DNA of 55,692 nt, the filler included, from Catajapyx aquilonaris (lineage: Eukaryota), in the NCBI GenBank assembly GCA_000934665.2. It is 3 parts of 3 records of this genome, joined end to end, with 100 filler letters (N's around TTAATTAATTAA, not from the genome) between each part and the next. Parts side by side here need not be neighbours in the genome. Positions count along the whole stretch, not along the records: positions 24,807 to 40,186 come from JYFJ02007510.1; positions 40,287 to 55,692 come from JYFJ02007511.1; 1 more part is not named here. One strand, 5' to 3'. Numbering within the stretch: the stretch's first letter is position 1; every line of letters starts with the position of its first letter. Positions 37,192 through 48,093 of this stretch are shown here, piece by piece. The notes under the pieces are model-generated. The model saw only the letters and a program-made list of their open reading frames with translations. It was not told the origin of the DNA and made no database searches. Made by a program: the position numbers and the translations under genes.

Positions 37192-38940
37192 TACTATGTA
37201 AGTTACTGGACCATGGCGGCGAAATGGTAAAATTGCCTTGGAGTTGTGGAAATGCAAAATATTCAGCATGTCCAGCACATCTGTGATCAAATTAAGTTCG
37301 ACTAACTACCACACAACTTGCATTTTCCCCTGTGTAGATGCTATGCTTGCATCTTCCAACAGCATTCCCCACAGGAGCAATACCGCATCACACAACCTGT
37401 TCCAAAAATTCAGGATGAAACTTAATGAGTCTCCAGACTGTTTAAACAACCAAAACCTTATATCATGCTGTTATTGTTCCGTTTTGGCAGCATATCAGGC
37501 TGGTTTTTAATGGGGGTGATGCACTTGCCCCTAACTAGACATGGTCAGGGGCAAGTGCGTACCCAATTAATATGGGTATATGGATCGAAATGCAATATTG
37601 GAGGAATAAAGCTAGTGGTGGCCAAAATATGTGACAAGACATTTTTGTGGTCACCAATGGATATTCCGTGACTGGTGAAAGCTAATTTTGAACACTGGTG
37701 TGAAAACACCTCAACATGATGCATTTTAATCAGATAATGTCACTACTTACTGTGAGCCAACCTATTGCGGAGCAGTGAATAAAAGTTTGTCCTGTAAGAA
37801 CTAGTTGGTATATTTTTATTTGGAATATAGGCTACAAACTGGCATAGGAAGTGTGTGTCTTTGTGGCACTAGTCATATGCAACCCGAACAATGTTTATTA
37901 CTCTTAGAGAATTCCACAATCGCACTTACCCCGTATCGAGGGGGAAGTGCGGCACTGTGCACCACTGTGCACCACGTGCATATTTTAATTACCCGTCAAA
38001 TGGGGTGAACTTGGTCCTAAATTTCCGTTTTATGAAGATATAAGTATGAAGATATTAACCCACAACTGTGAAATTTGTTAATTTGGTGTTCGACAATGCT
38101 GGCCAATAGGGCGAGTTTTTTTTTTTTGTGTGTGTGCACAATACTACGTAGGAAAAATTACGTCGTCATGGCCATGTCCACCCCACTGGGTGGGGTAGAC
38201 TTGGCCATCTAATTTTCCCATTACAAAAGCACTGCTCTGGGCAGGAAGATATTGGAATGGGTTAATCTGGCCATTGCCATCCACATGGGACAACTTGGCG
38301 ACTCCTCCTAATATGTGCTACCCATAGGGGAGGGACCAAACCTTAACAGAAGCATAGAATCTTTGAAATGAGAACTTGGCCACTCGAAGGCGACTCGGGG
38401 GTGAACTTGGCCACCTGTTTTTATACCAAAGAAATTGTGAATTTGATGGTAGATAAGTGGTTCTGGATATTACAAGTTATAGGCTATTTATTCTGCAGTA
38501 GCAGAGGAGCCTGTTCTTCGCACAGCGTGTTTCCATGGCAATGTAATCAACAACAATCAATCACTTTTGATGCAATGGAAACCTCTTTTCATGATAACGC
38601 ATTGCTAGAGTAATAAGTAAGAAAATATTGATTCACTTGCAGCACGTAGTTTCACCCACCTTACCGGACACTACATGGTCACATCTACTGGAGCAAGAAA
38701 CCTGACCAGATAATCTGCGTTATTGTCCCAAATCATGCAGGGGTAGACAGGACTCATACCATATCATCTCCTGTCCAAGAAACATCATACACATATACAG
38801 TAAAACCTGTATATGTTGGACACTGATGGTTCCAAGGAAATTGTCCAACATATTAGGATTTCAATCTCTCAAGTTTCATAGTGCAGCACAGTAATGTACG
38901 AGTAAGTACTGTACTACTGTACAGTAATCATCCAGTACTC

Positions 38941-39990
38941 CAGGGGTTCCCAAACTTTTCCAAGTCGTGGCAGAATTTTCTCACGGCACCCTAGTCATAT
39001 AATATCTATTTGTGGTAGCTATATTTCATATTTGTACGCCTATGAAGAAGAAATCCGGTAAGAAATAATTAATTCAACTCGTATTTAAAGTTCACTCAAG
39101 TAGGCCTACTTTAATTGGTAGGAAAACAAAGGTGAAAATATGAAGGAAATACGAATAAAATATTACACAAACCTTCCACATGCTCTCCTAGGTATGCGCG
39201 TGTTTAGTGCGACTCGTGAGCCTGCTGCTGACTGCACAATATTTTGAATCGCGGAATAAGGCTCTCATTTCTTTTTCCGCATTGATTTTCGAACGATATT
39301 TGCTCTTTATAACAGCAACCACTGAAAATCCAGCTTCGCACAGATATAAATAATAATTTATAATTTGTACCCCGTGCTAGGGCCATGGGCTCTCTTAGGG
39401 GGGTGGGATACCACCATATTTTTTAAAAATCTGGAACTCTTGCTTTCTTTTTTACTTCTCATATATGGGGATGGGATAGGGACGGAAGGAAGCGGTTGTG
39501 GCCTATAATTACGGACACGACCCCGGAATTTTCCTGGTGAGACCATGGGAAACCACAGAAAACCACGGTCAGGGTCGGCGGCCACCGGGATTCGAACCCA
39601 GGACCTCCCGATTAGCAGTCGGATACCACATCCCCTCCGATACCACTGCTTCGGTGCTTCGCACAGATATGAAGTCACAAAGGGAATGAGGACCCTTACA
39701 GCTTTTGCACTTAGAATTGGATACTCATTTTTGACTGATATCCAAAACTCCGTCAAATCCAAACAAGTGAATTTTGTTTTCAGGCTGTTGTCGCACAAGA
39801 ACTCAATTAAATTTGCTTCTTGCGAAGTGAATTCTTGTGGAGCTTGAGCACGGAATTTTCCGTCCCATAAAATGTTTGTATTTGTGTACAATTTTGATTT
39901 TTAGTAGAGAGATTAGGGGCGCCTCGCGCGGCACCCCTGATCTCTCCATGGCACCTCAGGGTGCCGCAGCACACACTTTGGGAACGTCTG
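38941..39990 (-). mobile_element. Internally deleted hAT (Charlie/Buster-type) transposon with transposase C-terminal remnant
   Basis: TIRs CAGGGGTTCCCAAA / TTTGGGAACGTCTG; 8-bp TSD CAGTA(C/A)TC (38933-38940, 39991-39998). Minus strand encodes LIEF.CD.SLK.KF..LTEFWISVKNEYPILS.KAV.VLIPF.TSYLCEA|GFS..AVIKSKYRSKIN..PRF..LC..QAH.SH (hAT dimerization domain), split by a SINE. Confidence 0.9.
39348..39655 (-). mobile_element. tRNA-derived SINE, family C, inserted in the hAT remnant
   Basis: Box B GGTTCGAATCC, CTGCTAA loop; perfect 15-bp TSD GCTTCGCACAGATAT at 39333-39347 and 39656-39670. Confidence 0.92.
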
Positions 39991-40186
39991 CAGTAATCAA
40001 CTTTCAATGCATGTTTTTTGTTGTTTTTGGTTCTGTACAGCACAGTGTACATGAAATTTCTGAAACGGGACTACTTTTTGGTTTATAAATACCGTATTTA
40101 CTCGCATATAAGACGCACTTTTTTTCCGATTTTTGTAGCTCAAAAAGTAGGGTGCGTCTTATACGCGTGTGCGTCTTATACGGCAG

Positions 40187-40286
40187 NNNNNNNNNNNNNN
40201 NNNNNNNNNNNNNNNNNNNNNNNNNNNNNNTTAATTAATTAANNNNNNNNNNNNNNNNNNNNNNNNNNNNNNNNNNNNNNNNNNNN
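40187..40286. other. Artificial contig-joining linker
   Basis: 44 N + TTAATTAATTAA + 44 N, identical in form to 24707-24806. Confidence 0.97.
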
Positions 40287-40960
40287 GGTTCTTGGAGGAC
40301 AAGGTTATATTCTTATTAGAAGGGCCCTTAAAAGTTGATACAGTAATATTGCTAATTAGAACGTACTAATTGGAATATACGTACCTTGTCCTTCAAGAAC
40401 TCAACCTTTATTGACCATTCCATTCAGCTCTTAAGTCATTACTTTTTAATAATTTATAAATAATTATAAATAAAAATTTATAAATAATAAATGGTATAAA
40501 ATCAAAAGGTACCACGTGGCAAAATTTCATAAACTGAGTTAAGGACGGCATCGCCTAGTTGGAATCAAGACGTACCACGTGGCAACAAACTGATTTTCTA
40601 TATGTGACCATGTGGTATGTGACCATTTGGTACGACCATGTGGTATACTGACTCTCAACAACCTGATACTTGACAACCTGGAAACATGGCAACCAACAAT
40701 GCAATTCAATTACCTATGTATCCAGACTTTAGGGTCACCCTATTGGATGAAGTAATTTAGAAAATACGAGTAATTATGCCTGTCCCTGATTAAGACACTC
40801 TTGCGCTGACAGCAAATATATCGTGTTGCAACCGTACAGAGTTTGTCTAATTCTGCTGCATCATGGCAAAGAAAACGAGCCCATCCCCGCCTCATATACC
40901 GGTACACGCCGGTACAGTATACAGTACTCAGTGCACATACAGAACGAATAAGGCCTATAC

Positions 40961-41167
40961 CTCGTAATTGCCGTTGAAGGGCCTCTCAGCCCATGCAAAG
41001 TAGACGAAGCCATCTTTTCCTTTGTGAAGGAAGATGTAGCCTGGCGTCGGCTCCGGGATGAGATCAATTCCCTCTTGCTTCATCTTACCGGCCTTGAATA
41101 AGATGAAGACTTTGAATTCACTGGGAAGTGGACCAAGGGCCCCCCACATGGGAAATCCAGCGGCCAT
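40961..41167 (-). CDS. Rpn13/ADRM1-like Pru-domain protein, first coding exon (divergent; remainder not found)
   Basis: AAGATGGCC start; 69 codons. FILFKAGKMKQEG..LIPEPTPGYIFL..KDGFVYFAWAER aligns by eye with ADRM1 YLVEFRAGKM..G..VTPD..KGLVYI..DDSLIHFCWKDR. Phase-0 donor GAG|GTATAG; contig ends ~670 bp downstream. Confidence 0.7.
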
Positions 41168-41453
41168 CTTTGAATCTTCGGACAGGGTCAAGAAACAATC
41201 TGAGAGATGGCGGCAGACACTCAAGCGAACAGGGTGCTCTCACTGTGAGACGCACCCAACAAGCTCTATTTTTAAGCCCAGAATTAGCTAATTACTAGTG
41301 TACGTCCAGGAGGACGTGCAAAAGACCTGCGGATCTGAGCTTCGCTTCTTCAACAGTGACTTGTTTATAGCGAGTAACTTTGGCAACAATAATAATGGTA
41401 CCGTATTCATACTATAGTAGCATATCCCACTTGCGTCACAATGACTGTCAACA

Positions 41454-41990
41454 ATATTTTAAAAATGCAATTAGCAATTAAATGCTTGTGACGTTGGGGA
41501 GGTGTAGATGGCCGAAATGGTAACGTCTCGGCTTGCTGAGTGAAAGGCCTCAGGTTCGATCCCCGCCTGTGGGGAACTTTCCTTTCACCTGCGTCAGGGT
41601 CTCTGACCTGCACCAGGGAGGTGTCTGGCAACCTATAACCTCCTGGGGAACAGCACATGACCCCTTTACCGACATTGCACTTGCACCAATAATGTTCCCT
41701 CCCCAAAAATCCCTATATTCTTCCCTCATGTCCTTTCATCCTTGCACCGGAGTTAGAAGAAAAAAATCTCAGAAAATTGAAGGAAAAATGGTGGTATTCC
41801 ACCCCCTATAAGGGCCTATGGCCCTATCACGGGGTAACGTAAAAAAATGCTTGTGACGTCACCGCTGAGTAGTATGGAAAATCGGAGTCCCACGCCAGAT
41901 GATTTAACAAATATATTATAACATAATTTTCCGCCAAAAATAATAATAATAATGTATAATAACGAATTATAACATTATTCTCCCCCAAAA

Positions 41991-42037
<47 letters not shown>

Positions 42038-42241
42038 AACAACAACATCACGACATTTCCCTATGAGGAGTAGTCAGCGATGAAGGGAGACGCAAGTTAA
42101 CCCAACATATGAACTAATAAAACTCATGAGAATAAACCTAAAAACAACCCGTCCCACCCCCCACCCCTGCCCACCTCAGAAACAGACACTCAATATTAAA
42201 TTTAAATATTACACTATGCAATACTGTACTTCATCAAACAC

Positions 42242-42305
<64 letters not shown>

Positions 42306-42965
42306 TTATAATTCGCTAAATCATCTGGCGTGGGACTCTGGTCTACTAGGGTATATCCGAAGTGGCATGGGACTCTGATTTCCATACTACTCAGCGGTGA
42401 CGACACAAGCCTTTAATTGTTAATTGCATTTTTAAAATATGCAATTAACAATTATTAAATGAGGAATGGAGAATATTCTAGTCACTTGGAGGAATTTAAC
42501 AGTTGCTGATTCCTCTTCCAGGGGGGTGGGGGCGGCGAGATACTTGATTTCTCAAAGTAGCTACTGCGCTGTATAGTGTAATATTTAAATTTATTATTGA
42601 ATGTTTGTCGGGTTTGTTTGGGCAGGGGTGGGGGGGGGGGTTGTTTATAGGTTTATTTTTACAAGTTTTTAATTTAGTTCATATTTTGGGTTGGCTTGTG
42701 GCTCCCGTCATTGCTGACTACCCCTTGCAGGGGAATATCGTGATGGTGATGGTGATGATGATATCATTATTTTCACGATTTTTAACGTTAATTTCACGTA
42801 AAGATGTGTAACGACCATTATTCCGTTGAGACGATATTTTAACGTGAAATTGTCGTCAGAAGTTGTTAAAATCGTTAAAATATTGTAGGGGATTATCTGG
42901 CGTGGAACTCTGGTCTACTATATCCGAAGTGGCATGGGACTCCGATTTTCCATGCTACTCCGCTG
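41454..42965. repeat. Interleaved inverted-repeat complex (rearranged DNA transposon) with (AAT)n microsatellites
   Basis: 41454-41494 + 41860-41915 is inverted at 42308-42440 and partly again at 42894-42965; 42047-42232 is inverted at ~42556-42745; (AAT)n at ~41993-42035 and 42242-42304. Confidence 0.75.
41496..41844 (+). mobile_element. tRNA-derived SINE, family B
   Basis: Box A TGGCCGAAATGG, box B GGTTCGATCC, 3' stem-loop and short A tail; perfect 15-bp TSD AAATGCTTGTGACGT at 41480-41494 and 41845-41859. Confidence 0.93.
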
Positions 42966-43971
42966 TTTTTACGATTACCAGAAGACACAAAGTTCCAGGT
43001 GCCCAGACTAGTCCATTTATGTGAGGGGTCCTACCATCGTCTCGTCTGTATTGTCTTAAGGACCACACAAACATGTTGCAATCACATCTGCCATAATCAC
43101 CTTAAAACATGGAGCCATAATTGTTTGAATTGGAGCTCTGGTGCCCCTCCTGCAGCAAGAAGAATGACTTGGAAACAGAGGGACATTGCACTGCAATCTG
43201 CAATAAAGTCACCACTCGCTAAGAGGAGTTTTGGGTGAGGATCCTCATTCATCTTTTGAAGCAGAAATATAAAAGTGTATAAGTTATACTACCTCAGGGA
43301 AGTGCAGATCAAAAACTTTGTATGAATTATAACCCTAGAACTCAAATAAAACGACACCAACACAATGAAAAACTACGTCAAATGAGCAAGATATGTTGTC
43401 AGTTAGTTTCCAGCAGGTGGCCCAAGTGTAATGATAAATAAATGTTTCAGTTTTAAAAACTGCTCCATACTTCTACTTACCTGGCCTATTAATTATTGTC
43501 TGCAGCAGATTGCTACTTTCAGCTTCACGCAGCAATCCCTGAAGGAAACAATGAAGGAGGGAATTGGGCGGAAAGTCCTTCGGAACAATGACGCCTGACT
43601 CCAATGAAAGAGTCAGTCTATTAATAGAGAAAAGCCAGATCAATCAGCTATTCTATACTTCTGTACATTAGTAAATACTGTTGTAGTACATATCCGGTGC
43701 ACATGATAGCAGTATCAGAAACAAGACAACCAGTATATTGGGCATCCTGCAGACTCGTCAGGCTGATTTCGATAGCTGCCAATATGGTGTCAACATTCAA
43801 GTTTACCGTGCAGAAGGCTCCTCTTATTTGCTGCAAAGAGAGTAAGTTTTTCAGGCATATTATAAATAACAATAACTACCATCCTTGAATATCAAAATGC
43901 AGCATTCAAGTAACTAACTGCATACCGTTTTTCTGGGCAATAGGTATAGTGTACATTGCGTCATATTCATC

Positions 43972-46900
43972 ATGGAGCTGAACGAATTGGTTGACGACGT
44001 GGCCAGAGCCGATGTCCAGTCCGTGATACAGAAGATCAGTGATCTTTCGGGCATCGGTTGGAATGAGGTATGGCCCGCCGGTACGTGGAGTCCCCTTCAC
44101 GAAGCAGCAGCCGAAGGGAAGGTGGAGTGTGCGGAGGCTCTGCTTAGGTACGGAGCCAACGTCGACTGCTCCAACGCGTCTGGAGACACCCCTCTGCACC
44201 TGGCCGTGTCCAGAGGAGATCTGGACACGGTCAGACTGCTGCTCAGACACGGCGCAAACGTGGACGCGAAGAACAACACCGGAGACACACCGATCCTTGT
44301 GGCTGCACACGGCACAGAATTGGTCCACGAGGCCTGCATGGAGCTTCTCATGTCCAGGGACGCAGACGTGACCGAAGTAGGGAAAGGTGGCCTCACCTTG
44401 TTGCACAGCCCTATGTGTCTGTCCCAGACTGGTGTGATGAGACGCGTGCTGAATAAAGGAGGTCAACAAGTGGTCAACGCGCAGGGGAAAGACGGGGATT
44501 CACCGCTTCACGTGGCCACTGCCCACCCAGGGTCGGTCAGGCTTCTTCTGGAGGCAGGGGCTAATCCGGGTCTGGTGAACGGAGAGGGACGCAACCCTTT
44601 GCACGTGGCTGCCAGGTGGGGGCATCTAGAGACTCTCAGGGTCATCGGGGGTGCAGGGTGTGGACTGATGGGTGACGTCGACTTGGGAGGCAACACGGTG
44701 CTCCACCTGGCTGCCCAGTACGGGCACCACAAGGTGGTCAGAGAGCTGATCCAGTGGGGACTGGATGTGGACGGGAGGAATAATGAGGCCAACACCCCAT
44801 TGCATCTGGCCGCCATCAACAACCAGCTGAAGGTTGCAAAGACTCTGGTGGCCTCCGGAGCCAACTATAGCGCCAGAAACGCTGCTGGGAAAAGACCTTT
44901 CTACCTGGCCATTGTCGAAGGTCACCTCAAGATGGCCGAGTGGCTGACCGATCCAACCGGAATCTCAACCAGAATGGTCACCAGCAACACAAGAGCATCC
45001 AACAGGCAACCATCGCTGCACCAGGCCATCAGAGAGGAGGACTGGATTTGGCTTCTGACTGCTCTGACAGACAGCGATGTCGACGTCAACCTCCAGGATG
45101 ACGAGGGAAACACCTCCTTGCATGTCCTGGCCCAGGCCAGTCGCAGCACGACCATAATGGCCCACCTCCTGAAAAGAGGGGCCAGCCAGTACATCCCGAA
45201 CAAGCAGGGCAACCTGCCCATGCACCTGGCCGCACTCAACGGACGAAGAGACGTCATGCATCTGTTGGCAAGAGACGACAAGGGTCACGTCCAGTTCAAC
45301 TTCCGAAACAAGGACGGACTCACGCCGCTGCACTTTGCTATTGTGGGAACCACTGACAGACCAGATGAGTTCGACGGGAAGACCCTGGAGGTCATCTTGT
45401 CCTCGGAAAGGGTGCTGGTCAATGCAAAGTCATGGAAGGGCTCTACACCAATCAGTGTCGCGGCCTCCAGGAAGTGCAACGAGGCGGTCATCATGCTCTT
45501 TCAATACATGGATAGCAATGACGGATCAGCAAAGACTCAACTCTTCAAATCCCTGTATTGCGAAAGAGAGGACGCCTTTCTTGACCTTCTGCCAACTTAC
45601 GACGACATAAATGACGACGATGGACGGTACACGCTTCTACAACTCTCCTGCGTCTTGGGACTGTCCTCCTGCGTCGAGTTATTGCTGCTTCAAGGTGCAG
45701 ATCCCAACGTCGTTTGCGACAGTTGCCCGGTACCTCCTCTGTTTCTGGCAGCTTCGTGGGGTTACTTCAAAGTGATCGACGTCCTGCTGCGTCGGAAGAA
45801 CATTCGGCTGCATGTCGACACCCACGACGGAGGCAACATCCTACACGTGTTATCCCAAGGCCTCTCCAGCAGACTCCAGGACTTCAGCCCCTTCGGTCAA
45901 GTCAATCTCAACCCGTGGAACCAGAACTACGACCAGTGCATTCAGACAGTCCTGAGCAAGATGAAGCGTCGGGGAGAGTACCCCTTCTTCATCAACGACA
46001 ATAACTCCGACGGCCAGACCCCTCTGCATCTGGCTGCTAATCACAGGGCCAGAAGCACTGTCGTGAAAATGATGTCCTGCGGTGCTGACCCCTGGGCAGA
46101 GGACAGAGACGGACAGACTCCGATTGACGCCATGCACGAGGCCACATTGTCCGAATACCTGGACGGATGCGTGTATCAGGACGAGCAGGGCCAAAACGTG
46201 GTCGTCGATTTCGAGATGTTCAGACCTTCAGCAAGCACGGCCGAATATGTCAGACTGGAGTACTTTCTAAATTCGCAAACAAAGAGGAACTTATTGAAGC
46301 ACCCGGTATTCGCCTCCTATCTACACTTCAAGTACAAGTGCATATCGATGTTCTGCTACTTAAATCTCGTATTCTACGGACTGTTTCTGGCGTCCTGGTC
46401 GTACACTCTTATTGTTGGCAATCATATGGCAAGCGTGAGTTTCTACCAACGTAGGAACGACACGACAACGATGAAGTATTACTATTACATTGTGGAAGTT
46501 TCGATGATCGTCGTAGCTCCGATCATGTTTATTACCTGGTTGGTTCTTCTTATCCGTGAATTGGCTCAGCTCCTTGGCTCCTTCACAACCTACATCTGCA
46601 GTTGGGAGAACTACATGGAGTTGGGAATTATACTTCTACTGCCGCTTGACGTCTTTTTAATCCGATACAACAGTGTCTCCAGCGTGGGAGACACAAACGT
46701 GTTGACAATCTTCATCTTCTTCGCGTGGCTGGAATTTGTGCTCCTGATTGGCCGCCTTCCCGTGCTGGCAAAGTATATAGCCATGTTCTCCACAGTCCTT
46801 CGCAACTACCTGCACATCTTCTTCATCTTCATCTATGTCCTGATAGGATTCGTCATCACCTTCTACCTCTCTTTTCACTTTTGCGACTACGACTACGATG

Positions 46901-47753
46901 ACGACGACAACAACGTAATAATGGTGTGTAGCAAAGGTATGTTCAACAGTCCCCAGACCGTGGCTCTCAAGATGCTCTCGATGATGCTTGGTGAGCTCAA
47001 CTTCGACGATTTGGACTTCAAGAGCCTTCCATTCACTGCCAACCTTTTTTTCTTCATCTTCCTCTTCTTCATTGTGTTGGTCTTCATGAACCTTCTGAAT
47101 GCTTTGGCGGTCAGTGACACTCAGGCCATATACGACGAAGCTGAATTGTATAGTCACATTTCTCTGGTCAAAATGGTCTGTTACATTGAGGCGTTTTTCT
47201 TTGGGAAGAAAAAAACGACAATGAGGGGAAAAATTAGCCGACTTCTTAGGTAACATTTACCAAAATATAAGCTACTGTACTGGTAATTAATTCATTTTTC
47301 TGACCTTTCAGGTGTACGAGGGTGTCGAACCTCCTGAGCCGCTATTGTTGCTGTATTGTGGTGCACAAGAAGTTGTGGAGCTTCATCCGAGACAAGACAC
47401 TTCTTTTTCCTAAGATTCCGAAGGGTCAGATTATTGTTGATCTTCGAACTGGACTGGTGGTCAATCGAAAAGGTTGGAAGCTGCCAAAGGACATCGTTTG
47501 TTCTCTCAGCACCATGGTGGACAGTAAAAGTGACACGGGCAAAGGTCATTCCACTGATGACAGTTTGCAAATTAGTCATAGCACATGTCAAGATAACTTG
47601 GCCAAGGTTGAAAACCTGCGACTCTGTCTGGAACTCTCTGAAAAAAATCGGCTGGAAAAACAGAATGAGCAAGACATGCAAATGAAAGAAATCAGACAGC
47701 GATTGGATTTGATTGCGAATCATATTTTGGGCCGTGAGGTCACAGAATTATAA
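43972..47753 (+). CDS. pain: TRPA-family cation channel, Painless-like, with extended ankyrin repeat domain (~1239 aa)
   Basis: Exon 1 43972-47249, 62-nt GT-AG intron, exon 2 47312-47753. Many TPLH-type ankyrin repeats, LLKHPVFASYLHFKY pre-S1, six hydrophobic segments, pore MMLGELNF, S6/TRP-like FMNLLNALAVSDTQAI..EAEL (Painless-type), C-terminal coiled coil. Subfamily call is by motif, not phylogeny. Confidence 0.92.
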
Positions 47754-47862
47754 AGTTTTGTACAGTATAACATAAATCATCTTAACACAAATGGTACTGT
47801 CAACAGAGTGGTTGAATAAGAAAACTGTATTCAATATTACTGTATTATTAGGAAAGAGTAAC

Positions 47863-48093
47863 CCTTACTGGAGTGCGGGAGGCGGGAGGGTGAGTGGTGG
47901 CTGGGGGCAGCTTGGCTATGTCGCAAAGGCAAGGATGCAAAGATTGATTTTTTTGATTTTGGAAGGGGTATGCTGTACCAACCTGACCTAACCAAACCTA
48001 ACCTTCCTTCCTTGCGGATACAGACCTATCTTTGCGACACAGCCCGCTGCCCCCACCGACTACTACCCTCCCGCCTCCCGCACGCCAGTAAGG
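47863..48093. mobile_element. MITE with ~70-bp TIRs and internal (AACCT)-like repeats
   Basis: CCTTACTGGAGTGCGGGAGGCGGGAGGGT mirrored by ACCCTCCCGCCTCCCGCACGCCAGTAAGG; AACCTGACCTAACCAAACCTAACCT inside. Confidence 0.75.

Noticed and set aside
37930..38420. Regularly recurring AACTTGGCCA-like motifs (CRISPR-like spacing)
   Set aside because: Motifs are short and degenerate with irregular spacing, in a eukaryotic intron with no cas genes; likely transposon subterminal repeats.
39575..39655. tRNA genes at the SINE heads (also near 3440-3517, 22198, 27430-27504, 32910, 41496)
   Set aside because: Box A/B are present but there is no complete cloverleaf, and they continue into repeat bodies with tails and TSDs.
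42126..42406. Poly-Ile ORFs (also 54864-55094) and poly-Asp ORF at 49934-50128
   Set aside because: Translations of (AAT)n, (ATT)n and (GAT)n microsatellites.
43906..47723. Numerous minus-strand and alternate-frame ORFs overlapping the TRPA gene
   Set aside because: Shadows of a GC-rich coding sequence with no recognisable domains.
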